The notes beneath the pieces were generated by a model, which saw nothing but the letters and a program-made list of their open reading frames with translations, was not told where the DNA came from and did not search any database. Positions 42,775-53,606 of a DNA stretch of 64,000 nucleotides are shown here, piece by piece. Source of the stretch: Marsupella aquatica (taxonomy: Eukaryota > Plantae > Marchantiophyta); NCBI GenBank assembly GCA_973895155.1, contig OZ316891.1:9301875-9365874 (forward strand). Direction: 5' to 3'. Numbering within the stretch: position 1 is the first letter of the stretch; each line of letters begins with the position of its first letter. The translations under genes were made by a program, and so were the position numbers.

Positions 42775-43282
42775 TTGTCGTGAGCTCCTATATTCACACT
42801 CAAGCGTTTTAATTTCAGATTCAGTTCTTTGAGCTGTTGTGGGCTCCCATATCTATTCTCAGGGGTTTTAATCTGAGATTCGGTTCTTTGAGCTGTTGTG
42901 GGCTCCCATATCCAGTACTCCTAATTTCACATTCGGTTCTTTGAGCTGTTGTGAGCTCCCATATCCAAACTCGGGGACTGATTTCAGACATAGTTCTCTG
43001 GGCTATTGTGAGCTCCCATATCCGTTCCTTAGGGATTTCGATTCAGATTCAGTTCTTTTAGCTGATGTGAGCTCCCATATCGAAAGTGAGTGGGTTTGAT
43101 TTCAGATTTTAGTTCTCTGAGCTTTGTGAGCTTCTATGTCCAGTAGTCAGGGTGTTTCATGTCAGATTCAGGTCTCTGAGCTATTGTGAGCTCCCATATG
43201 TGCTGGGACGGCTAGATTTTACTTCTCTGAGCCGTTGTGAGCTCCCGTACTTAAAATCAGGGGATTTGATTTCAGATTTCAG
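42775..43282. repeat. Minisatellite of ~9 units (52-60 bp) in a probable 5'UTR intron of DUF177A
   Basis: Core ttcagattcagttctttgagctgttgtgagctcccatat recurs with gagctccc near 42782, 42841, 42900, 42952, 43010, 43069, 43128, 43188, 43239. A GTAAGT donor at 42755 precedes the array and a tttcAG at 43282 follows it. Confidence 0.9.
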
Positions 43283-43319
43283 TCCTCCGAACTGCCTGGG
43301 AGGGCAGAGCCAGCTGGCC

Positions 43320-44823
43320 ATGGCTGCGGTGGTGAGACTGGGCGATGCTGCTGCCACTCTGGGTTCTCTAGATCGAGACGATTGGGCGTTCTACCATTCG
43401 CAGTCATGCAAATTGCAAAGCAGCTGCATCAGGTGGCGATCTACTAAGCGATTTGGAACAGTCCAGGCGGTGCTCAGCAGCGGAAGTCCTGGCTGCCATG
43501 GAAATTCCCTTCTGGATGTCGCCAAAACCGACCCATTCAGAGTGATGGCGCTTCCACTGGATCGCAAGAGTGTAGAGGATGGGAATGAATCAGTTGCACA
43601 AGACGAACAATCAGAGGCGGACGAGCCATGGCTCGGCGCAGTCATATTCAAAAGGAGCGGTCACAAGAGCCACTTTGAGTTTAACACGTCTCTGGAGAGA
43701 TTGGGGCTTGGAAAATTGTCGACAGCTTCATCTAGGGCCTTGGCGCATTCTATGGGCCTCAACGCCGCGACCTCCGCATCTGTCACGGAGGATTGCACCC
43801 CGGTGAACATCTCGATTGATGTATCCAGGGATGAACATACCAAGGACATGCGGCTCGACGGAATTGCGAGGACAACTATCACCCTCTGCTGCAACAGGTA
43901 CAGTAATGAGCTCCAGGTGGGCCAAGCGATAGGGCAATCAATTCATGTGATTTTACTTAGGTGGTATGATCATCGTACTCGTTGATTTCCCTTCTCTCGG
44001 AGTAGCGAAAGTTCCGCAGTGCAAGGTTTAGGGTTTACGGCTCTTCAAAATAGTGTGTATTGTTCGAGAGTTTATCTGGCTAGTGCACAAATGCATTGGA
44101 ATCCCAAGAGCCGTCTTCAGTATGCTAACAAGTTAGAGCTTCAGAAAGATGTGTATAATCACGATTTTGACCTTGTAACAGGCTCGAAGTTTAGATGTAT
44201 TTGTGCCATCAGTAGTCATCATACGTCAATAATATATAAGAACTTCAGAAATTTTTGTATGCTGAAGGTAAATGCTGACAACAAACCACACTAAAATATA
44301 TGTTCAAGGATATCAACCTATTCAGAGAACTCTGTCAGCTGTCGGAAATTGCGGCCGTTCACACGGCTTCGAGGGCTTGTGAGGTTTGACTGAAAGGTGT
44401 TTCTGGCTGGCTTGGCTTGGCAGGTGCCTGTCACCCGTGGTGGAACGAGTTTTTGCAAGTTTCGACCTGCTTCTCACAGAGAAGCCCGTCCTTGAACCGA
44501 CTCAGCAGCGCATTGGTGTGGTTCTTGGAGACTCTGGTCCAGAGGATGAGGGCCCTGAGCTTGATCTTGACCTGGATGACAAGCTTCACTTCCCGAGAGA
44601 AGTAAAAGAGATTGATTTGTCCAAGTATCTTCGAGACACTGTCCATCTTGAAATCCCGTACAAGTCTTTGTGCACTATCCAGTGCGCAGGTCTTTGTCAG
44701 ACCTGTGGAGTGAACCTGAACGAGAGAACATGTGATTGTTACAAGGACGTGAATGTCAGACCTGCATGGGGGCCTTTGGAGCAGTTGAGAAGGCAAATGA
44801 AAGACGAGGAGGGTTTGCAATAA
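43320..44823 (+). CDS. DUF177A: Plastid DUF177/YceD protein (23S rRNA accumulation factor)
   Basis: Exons 43320-43897 and 44424-44823 (GT-AG, phase 2, joining CNR|CL). N-terminal transit-peptide-like segment; W.GAVIFKR, SLERLGLGKLST, CNRCLSP, DLDDKLHFP..KEIDLSKYLRDTVHLEIP and C-terminal C..QCAGLCQTCGVNLN..CDC..WGPLEQLR motifs. Confidence 0.92.
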
Positions 44824-45699
44824 TATCTTGCAATGGTAGGGTGTGTCATCAAAATTTAAATCTGTATGATATGTCCTTGTTCACTCATGTGAATATTTAA
44901 TTCTTCGAGATGTTACCAGTTGGACATACATGCAGATGTATGATTCTTGTTTGTCGTCCGTATGAAGCTTGGACACTTGCATATTCCCAAACAAGGGCGC
45001 CTTGCAGGCATATGGCAATGCGAAAAAAGTACTGGTATGCTTATACTGACCCAAGCGTGACATAGCTCAATACATCGGCTCTCTTGTCTCAGGTTTAAGT
45101 ACTGTATTCAAAATTACCAGTGTGCCCCTTTCAACAGGATCAGATGACATCGTCTTTGACTTCGATGGGATGAAGATCTGCATGAGTTAAAATGCCCTTA
45201 TCGTCAGAGCTTATGAGCTTCTCAGGAACTGGTCATTTCCTCAGTCCTTTTCTCGAATCAAACCAGCGATGAAATTTGACAGTATGGTACTAAGTGATTG
45301 TATCTTAAAAATTCACCTGGGCCACGTCTTTTGTAGCTCTTGTAAAATCTGTGACGAAGGTGAAGGTGTAACTGGCGAAACGAAACACAGCTATCGAGAG
45401 GCTTGTCCAAATCCGAGTTTAGCCGACTATCAAATTTGTTTGTATGTAAGAGGAGCAGTTCTCTGATGATCATTGCCTGTGTCTTGCTTTGACAATTTGG
45501 AACACATTCTAAGAAATTGGAAACTTTGCAGTCAGGAACGGCCCCGCAGCTTCTTGATGTGTAATGTGATTTCCACAATCTAATTTGACCTATGTTAGGG
45601 ATAGGTCAAATTTTATGCCTCACTGTCAGCAGTGTGTGGGATTATTAGTTTCTCTCTTTGACAATATCAAATTCGACTTTGCTGATCAAACGCAGGTCA

Positions 45700-46860
45700 G
45701 TTGAGTCGATTACTGTAGTGCACTTACAGAACCTGAAATGTTTTGCCACTTTGGAGAACCTATCTCTTTTTAAGTTGGAACATTATGATCACGTCCAGTT
45801 CTGACACATTGCTAGCCTCTCAGGCCACAAGATCAGACAAGATGAAGAAGACCACCAATTGAGTTGAAGCTTTTCGAATCTTTGTTTCCAATCCCGTCTC
45901 ACAATGGGCTTCTCCCGACCCTTACTGCAGGTTACCAAGACCTACATCGCTGCCTGACATCCTTTTCATCTGATCACGTCCCGGTATGGTCTATACATGA
46001 CTTCCACAGCCCATTTACCTCAGAAGCAGCCGATCCTGAGCAAAGACACCTAGATTGAGAAAAAGAGTTTTCTTGGTGTAATGCCAATAAGCCACAAGGT
46101 CCAGTTGATGAAGGGCCCCGACGACTCCACCTCGTAATCACCAAGGACCTCACCAACTTTGTCTTAAGTCCGGCCCACGACGTAGGGTCATTTTGTTTCA
46201 ATTGGTCATACTTCGATTGATTGCAATTTGTTCATTATGTCATGCTTGTATTGCTTGAACTTTCTTGGATCCCTTTGGGCGAGGAATAGATAAGTACAAC
46301 GGGGCAATCATCCCAGGCGTGGAACAAACATTTACAAGGAATGCGGATGTACTCAGCAATTTCGTTGGCGCAAATGTTGATGTCAATAAGCGGAAATGCG
46401 GATCTGAGTTCATTGTCTTGGTGCCGACCAATTCCCCGTTTCCACAATCGAAGAAAATCTTCATGGAAGGTGCACTGTGGCAGCGCCATAAGTTTTGCGA
46501 TTATGACGGAAACTACGACAGCAATTGATGCACTACCAGAGGAACCAATATCAGGCTAAAGGATCCTAAGTCTGGAAGCTGGAACCATAACAAAAGATTA
46601 AGAGGCGAAAGTCTTACCAACAACAGAAAATGATGGGAACTGCAAGCTTAACTAGGTCAAACCATTTGTTGTCATGTGGCAAACTCGTTTTATCCAAATC
46701 TCGTGTCGTACTGAGTGCCATCTGTGGTCTAGTGACATTCTTACGCAAGTTGTCCAATGTTTATGTACAGTAGCCCGATGGACGATTCCATCTTCAGTAC
46801 AAAACGTTTTATAACCAAGCCCATGATCTATAACCTTGGGCGTTTCCTCCTCTTTAAGCT
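45700..46860 (+). pseudogene. Possible decayed F-box-type gene
   Basis: Broken coding-like frames; FATLENLSLFK followed after a frameshift by SWNIMITSS resembles the end of an F-box motif; downstream ORF fragments at 45864-46058 and 46265-46528. Weak. Confidence 0.25.
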
Positions 46861-46869
46861 TCCTACTTT

Positions 46870-47147
46870 GAGTGACCAAGAACAGAGGAATGGAAGAATA
46901 GTTTCACATAACTTCTCGCTGCATCTGCCCCACCCAATTCAAAGCTTCCAAACAAGACTCGAGATTCAATTGAGAGCAAGAGCAATCCGATATCAACCAT
47001 AGGCCATTCCTTCTCTATTGCTTTTAGGAGTGACCAAGAACAGAGGAATGGATCATTAGTCTCACATAGCTTCTTGCTGCACCATTCGGCCGCACCCAAT
47101 TCAAAGCTTCCCGAAACGACTCGAGATTCAATTGAGAGGAAGAGCAG
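46870..47147. repeat. Tandem duplication, ~158 bp period, just downstream of the peroxiredoxin stop codon
   Basis: gagtgaccaagaacagaggaatgga...gactcgagattcaattgagag..agagca at 46870 and 47028. Confidence 0.9.
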
Positions 47148-47168
47148 CACTCAAGTAAGTTGAAAATT

Positions 47169-47900
47169 TCACGGCAAAACTTTGAGAAGTTCCTCAGGCC
47201 CACTAATTGTGTAGGCTCCACCCTCCTCGAGGTTCAGCTGCTTCACCACCCCGTTGTCGGCCAACAGAGAATAGCGCCTAGACCGAATTCCCATACCCAT
47301 ACCGGACATATCATGCTGCAGTCCCAACGCCTTGGTGAAAGTGCAATTGCCATCAGACAGAAGCAACACCTTGTCTCCGACCCCGAGCTTCTCCGCCCAC
47401 GCTTTCTGCACGAAGACATCATTGACACTTATGCATGCAATTGTGTCGATGCCCCTGGCCCTAAGCTCATCTGCTTTATCCACGAACGCTGGCATTTGCT
47501 TCGAAGAGCAAGTGGGACTGAACGCCGCAGGGACAGCGAAGAGCACCACCTTCTTCCCATCCGTGAGCTCCGAAACTTTGATGGTCTGGAGGTTGTCATC
47601 CTTGTCTAGATACGCTAACTCTGCGTCGAGCAGCTTGTCCCCAACCTGGATGGTGGAGGGAGATTTGGCGGCGACCGCACAGAACGAACGGTGGGAGGAT
47701 CGTATACTTGTGGCAGCTCTGCATGCACTGAAATTGCACCTTTGTGGTCCTCCTCCAGAAGCATAATTCATCGTGACTTTGCCCAGCTTTGCAAGCGCAC
47801 CTGCTGAACATGACGAGAAATTCTTTGGAAGAGTGGAGACAGTCCTAGTGGACCCATATCCGATGAGAGACCGGGTAGCAGCTATCGCAAAACATGCCAT
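47169..47900 (-). CDS. PRXIIE: Type II peroxiredoxin, plastid-targeted (PrxIIE-like), intronless CDS
   Basis: First ATG at 47900 (the ORF track starts at an upstream TTG). Ser/Ala/Arg-rich transit peptide, then [56 protein letters not shown] and LNLEEGG. Confidence 0.92.
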   Translation of the reverse strand: MACFAIAATRSLIGYGSTRTVSTLPKNFSSCSAGALAKLGKVTMNYASGGGPQRCNFSACRAATSIRSSHRSFCAVAAKSPSTIQVGDKLLDAELAYLDKDDNLQTIKVSELTDGKKVVLFAVPAAFSPTCSSKQMPAFVDKADELRARGIDTIACISVNDVFVQKAWAEKLGVGDKVLLLSDGNCTFTKALGLQHDMSGMGMGIRSRRYSLLADNGVVKQLNLEEGGAYTISGPEELLKVLP

Positions 47901-49876
47901 GTCTCCAACCTGCTGCTGCTGCTGATGCAAAGAATACTCGATGAGAATAGTGCTTTACTGAATTCTAAACCCCTGAAACGCTGCTTGAAGCTATAGCCCA
48001 CTTGTATGCACGAAAGGGAACACAAGAGAATGAGGGGAGGAGGAGCAGACAACAATTTCTCTGGAAATCAATATGTAAGGTCACATCACAAAACAAAGTA
48101 AAGTAAAAGAAATCTGAAGTTCCAGCTTGGAGAATTCGCAACTTTTCAAGTCTGAGAATGATGAGGGAGCCCAACATGCCCATGAGTAACCTCTGAACTT
48201 TAGGAATAAACAAGAATACTTGGGCAGTACTGATTGCGGCCGCGTGTCCTGTGTCAACTGAGACACGGTAACATGGTTCTCGCAAAGCCAACGAATTGCC
48301 TGTAATGTGGCGAGCAGTCGTAGTAAAAAAGGGCATTGTGTGGGACTGAGACTGGCTCTATCCCCACAGATGACCAAATCCACCACTTTTTTGTGCGCCT
48401 GACAACGCGGAAATTAAGCTACATCCTCCTGTAGTTACCCAGAGTCCTGCAGCAATCAGAGTCCAGGACAGAGTAAAAGATGACAAAGGTACGTATTCAC
48501 ATTGTCCCGGATATTTCTGCGCAGAGAGCTGAAAGGAGCTACGTGTTGACTGGACATTAGTTGTAGTAAGCATGGATGGACAATATACAATCCCAGGAAG
48601 TGACTGAAGAGCTGAACAATCGTGAACACAGCTCAGTGCCGAGGCCATGACGAAAGCATGCCAGACACGGACCGAGAACTTGATTTGTGAAAGATTGAGA
48701 GCGGCTTTTACGATTGGAGTGCATGTCAAAAAGGGTGCTACACACGAGTTTCTGAACCACTCCGTCGATTTCTTACTCCCCTACGACGTGATTCAAGTTG
48801 AGTGACCTTTGTAAGGGAGTTGTTTCCTAGAGCTTTTTTGTTTGACTCTCTTTGTGGGCACTCTGATGTTCTCCTTTGAATGGCAGTATAGATATTCTTT
48901 CTAGAGAGTACAATTCAGCTCAAATGTTCTTTCAATCGATCTATCGTTGTCCCGTCCAGCCTTTTGGGTCTTGCTTTCATGATGTTGGTGTTTGGGAATT
49001 TTGGAGAAAGAAGGGCCAATTTACTAAAATAGGACCGATCAAAGATGAGTAAAAGTAAAGGAGGTCGAGAGAGGACGAACACCAAACTCAAAATATAAGA
49101 AGGCTGCAAATACAAACCCCAAAAACATGGAAAGGAGGAAATCTAATAAATACAGATCTATCATTGCAATAATGTAATGGTCACATTTAGTGTCATAACT
49201 ACGTCTACGAGACAGACTTAGGTGTACTCCAAAAGGCCAAAGCCTCTGCTGAGACTCACTAGTACCCATTGCTCGAGATCTTGGGCTTGAGAAAGCTGTA
49301 ACACCACCGACGTCTGCTGATAGAAGTGCGTTGTCAAAATTGATAGTGGTGGTTACAAAGTGTAACCAATGGTTGCGTTAATTCTCAAGCTGCCTGTCAA
49401 GTCCATTGAACTGATGATAGTCTCCCAAACATCTCTATAGGGAAGACGCTATTTGATAATGCAAGTGATGCATATTTCTCCTCTTTTGCCTGAAAGCACT
49501 TGGAAACATTAGTTGGAAAGAACTTAGAGAGGATTCTTGCCCCGCTTCCAGGACGAGCCTATCAGCTTCGGATGATACTCATCGCCTCAAATGTCTCTAC
49601 TGCAAGCAGAAAGCAGGAAGCTGTCCATGAAGCTAGCAAATGAGCGTTGTGCCATACATCAGTCAGAGGCTTCGTAACTATCCTCAAACTGCTCGCAAAA
49701 ATAAAAATCGGCGTGGGTGTTGGAGTCATCAGCTATGTGTGATTCATGTAAAACAGCCCTTCCCTCGTTAAGTATCTTTCAGAATATTATGACAAATTTT
49801 TCGTTCACGAGAGAATTTCGAGGATGGCATTGATCACTTAAGTTTCCATACCTGAAACAAACCACAGTTCTATTCT

Positions 49877-49913
49877 TCACGTCACGTCACGTCACGTCAC
49901 GTCACGTCACGTC
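49877..49913. repeat. (TCACG)7 microsatellite, reading as tandem TGACG on the minus strand
   Basis: tcacgtcacgtcacgtcacgtcacgtcacgtcacgtc read directly. Confidence 0.95.
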
Positions 49914-50864
49914 TTAATGAAATGCATTGCATAAATGCTCAGGGTTTGCATCCCATCAAATTGTCATTCTCAAGGGAAGCGCTTGTCTCTTGTTCCAATA
50001 AAACTGTCACCTGCTCCTGTTTGGGAACTCTTGAGAGAAATCCCCCAGAAATACAACTCAACATCTGCACCATGATAGTACTTCTGAAAGCTAGCATGGA
50101 ATGAAGTAAATTATCCTCACTCTTTCCACTGAGCCCATGTTCCTGCAATCGCTGAAGGTTTTTGTTGTCATGTAGGAGTCCCATGGATGCAAATTTTCTT
50201 CTGTCTTATACTTAAAGGATGGGTTTTCCCATCCTTGTTTCATTCGTTGATCTGTGTTTTTACTTACTTCATGGTCAAAGCAATGATGGTAACCAGTTGG
50301 TCGAGGAGTTTTCCTGTCACCACATGCGACCAGGAGATCTGCACGCACCTGGTAATTCTATTCTTGGGATTGTGTCGGTTGAATTGAAAGGGTGAGCCAT
50401 CGGATGTCAAAGCTATTTCAAGGCCTCTTGCTGCCAAAAGGCTGTCTGGTGCAGCTCCTGGAAGACCTCAAATTGTGAAAGAAACAAAGACTTCAAGTCG
50501 CTACTTGACCCACGGAGAAAGGGGGATGGATAGAGAAGGCTTAGAGACTGGTAGTCTAACTTCTCTAAACCGCTCTTCAGGATGAAGGACACATCTCTAA
50601 CAGCAAGATTGACAGATCAATCGTTCAAGTCATATATCGTGACATCCCAAACAAGACCGGGCCACGACATGAGACGATTTACAAACTGAGTTTTCTGATA
50701 TGGTGAGGACTCTGTTTGATTCAGAAGTAGACTTTTTGCGTTATGCTTCAAGTCTATTCATTACACTGGATACATGCCAAAACAAATAAGAATGAATGAA
50801 CCAGTGCTAGGGCATTGCTTTCGAGCATTATACATACCTTTTAAATGTGAGACCCATGACAATT

Positions 50865-52316
50865 TTAAGAGGCCCCATCGTCGTCATTCTCAGCGGCGGA
50901 TCTACTTACCGAATCTAAGACTGCCATCTTTTTCAAGAATTTGATTGCATCATAGAAATTGAAGGTACTACCGAAGGCTAGGGCCAGGTCCAAAGCTGTG
51001 TTGCCGTCCTTATTAGCTAGTTCTATATCCGCCCCACGATGAACAAGAGCCTTGACCAATTCCAGCCGTCCACTCTGGACAGCCAGATGTAGAGGAGTCC
51101 ATCCATCTGCGTCGGCAACATTGACATCTACACCGTGCCGAAGTAGCAACTTAGTCACATTATGGTCACCAATTTGTGCAGAATAATGCAATAGGGTTGC
51201 TCCTGTGTTGTCCAAGACTTGCGCATTGGCACCAGCTTTGAGAAGCATTCGAACCATAGTCTTCCGTCCGGCCTGCACCGCTCTATGCAGAGGAGTCAAT
51301 CCATCACCGTCGACTGCATTGAGGTCCACAGCCCTCTTCAACAGTGCTGCTGCCAAATAAACTTGCCCAGATGCTGCTAGTGTATGCAGTGGGCTCCACT
51401 TACTCGAAGAGACTCTGGCAAAGTTGAGATTCTTACTCTTGAGCATCGCCTGTTCCTCGGGTGTTAATAAGTGCTTCTTCTCAGTTGCTTCTTGTGCTTG
51501 TGCTTGTGCTTGTGCTTGTGCTTGGGCTTGGGCATCTTTAGAATCTATCGTTCTAACTCGTTCAACCTCTGATTGACCACTGGAGTGTGATTCTTCCTCT
51601 TCTCTACAGTAGGTCTCGGCAATTTCCTCAAAGCTGGTAAGCTGCAATTCGGAACGGAAATCTTTCGGCCTAGCCCTTCCGGAAACGGTATTTTGTGACG
51701 TTTCCACTCCCATTTGCAGGTCCTCCACTTCGTTGGGCAGCACACTGTCACAGCTCCCAACAACACCTGCAGGCACGAGCTCTTGTTCTCTCAAGCGCCG
51801 TCGCTCGTTCTCCAGCTCCTTTCGAGTTAATCTGTCCTCTAAAGCCCTCCTCTTGGCCCACTCGAGCTGTAGAGCAAGAGACTCCTGTTTCCTTTCTTTC
51901 TTACCCCGCTCAAGGTACTGCTGCACGTCCTTCCAATCATCCGGAATCAAGGTGCTCTGCGGAATAGGCACCCCCCTAACACGAGTTCCCACGGGCTTTC
52001 TCACCCTAGGAAGTGATGGATACACCTCCTCAAACACCGAAGAGTCCAACGGAATCTCTTCCCCTGCCTCTATGTCTTCAAATTCAGATATCTCCTGACC
52101 CCGAGAGGCCCTGCAGAGTGCTTTCCTTCCGCACTTCTGCCCAATATTCGTGCCCAGGCCTATATTTTCCGTCTTCAGAAAACGAGCTGAATGAAAAGGA
52201 AGCACGCTCGCCGTCATTGCTTTCGAATGGTCAATGTGAGCATTATGAAGGTGATCGCAGCAGACCCTCACAGAAGGGTGCTGAACAGCCGCTAGAAATT
52301 GCATTTCGGCAAACAT
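50865..52316 (-). CDS. AKRP: Plastid ankyrin repeat protein, AKRP/EMB506 family, intronless CDS
   Basis: 483 aa ORF: transit-peptide-like N terminus, LIPDDWKDVQ..KKERK segment, LLTPEEQAML..KWSPLHTLAASGQ, then ankyrin repeats (GLTPLHRAV, GATLLHYSA, GWTPLHLAV, GNTALDLA). Confidence 0.88.
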   Translation of the reverse strand: MFAEMQFLAAVQHPSVRVCCDHLHNAHIDHSKAMTASVLPFHSARFLKTENIGLGTNIGQKCGRKALCRASRGQEISEFEDIEAGEEIPLDSSVFEEVYPSLPRVRKPVGTRVRGVPIPQSTLIPDDWKDVQQYLERGKKERKQESLALQLEWAKRRALEDRLTRKELENERRRLREQELVPAGVVGSCDSVLPNEVEDLQMGVETSQNTVSGRARPKDFRSELQLTSFEEIAETYCREEEESHSSGQSEVERVRTIDSKDAQAQAQAQAQAQAQEATEKKHLLTPEEQAMLKSKNLNFARVSSSKWSPLHTLAASGQVYLAAALLKRAVDLNAVDGDGLTPLHRAVQAGRKTMVRMLLKAGANAQVLDNTGATLLHYSAQIGDHNVTKLLLRHGVDVNVADADGWTPLHLAVQSGRLELVKALVHRGADIELANKDGNTALDLALAFGSTFNFYDAIKFLKKMAVLDSVSRSAAENDDDGAS

Positions 52317-52723
52317 TCCCGAGCGAAGTGAGGGCTCTCCCTAACAAAAGTGGTGTCCGTCCCGGCAGCAAGGAGAAATCGTATGGGAGTGGGGAAGAAA
52401 CCTTTCGGGATTCTTAATTTTTCTCGGTTAGTTGCTTGTTAGACCATGGTAACCGGGAGTCCCGATTGCCGCAGAGACATTCAAGTGACCTGCAAGAATT
52501 TTAGCAAGTCAAATTCAAAGTTCACTGAATGCGCAAAAGCCCGTCCCTACACAGACAGAGTACCGTTGCATAGCTAGGATCTCTCTCTGTGCTTAGTTTC
52601 GACAAAATGCTTAAACCCTAATGGAGTAGGTAGCGAAACAAGGAAACTGTGACAGAGCGTGAGGATCTAGATCGAGCTAAGATTTCTTTGCGGGAGCCAG
52701 CTTGAGAATCATGCTTGGACCTG

Positions 52724-53575
52724 GTTGCGAACGACTTCAATGAACGAGACAGAGCGTTAATTATCAACAGAGCTCAGATTGCTTTCACCAAAATGCTTCA
52801 ACGAATAGAATAGAAGAATCAAAGGAGCGCTCACTGAGTGAGAGAAGGAATCAGAGAGCCCACATGTGATTGCGAACGACTTGAACGAACGAGACTGATA
52901 ATTCCCAATAGAGCTCAGATTGCTCAACAAAATGCTTCAACAAATAGAAGAATCACAGGAGCGCTCCCAAACACGGAGTGAGAGAAGGAATCAGAGAACA
53001 CACGACAAAGAACTAGAGGCAAGTCGAAGGCCCTCATCGCAGTATACTTAGATATACTAGAACGAACGAGTCAGAGTGTTGATTACTAAAAGAGCTCAAA
53101 TTGCTTGCTGTGCCGAGCTTCAACAAAACGCATCAACGAATAGAATAGACGAATCAACAAAATGCTTCAACCAAATGCTTCAACCAGATGCTCCAACGAA
53201 CAGAATGGACGAATCACTTAATTGCTTCCACCAAATGCTTCAACGAATAGAACAGACGAATCACCAAAACGTTTCAACCAGATGCTTCAACCAAATGCTT
53301 AAACGAACAGAACAGACGAATCACCAAAATGTTTCAACCAATTGCTTCAACGAATAAAACAGAAGAATCACCAAAATGCTTCAACCAAATGCTTCAACGA
53401 ATAGAATAGACGGAGCAAAGGAGTGGTCTCAAAGACTGAGAGAGTTAAAAGTGAGAGAAGGAATCAGAGAGCTCACAACGAACTATAGGAGTGGTGACGC
53501 TCCTGCACCCAACACTGCAACGAACGAGAGGAGTGGTGACGCTCCTCCAGCCAACAATGCAACGAACGAGAGAAC
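52724..53575. repeat. Complex degenerate tandem array upstream of the ankyrin gene
   Basis: Many copies of aaatgcttcaac(c/g)a and gaatagaa.agacgaatca, nested in longer units carrying gagctcagattgc and gagagaaggaatcagaga. Confidence 0.85.
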
Positions 53576-53606
53576 CATGACGCTGGCTTAGTTCACTCAG
53601 CTGTTG

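Noticed and set aside
42775-43282. CRISPR-like repeat-spacer appearance
   Set aside because: Eukaryotic context, no cas genes, degenerate repeats and linkers related to one another; it is a minisatellite.
47901-47930. N-terminal HQQQQQ extension of the peroxiredoxin in the ORF track
   Set aside because: Begins at TTG, not ATG; treated as 5'UTR with a short CAG repeat.
53076-53591. Repetitive ORFs (CFNQML repeats)
   Set aside because: Translations of the tandem array; no evidence of coding function.
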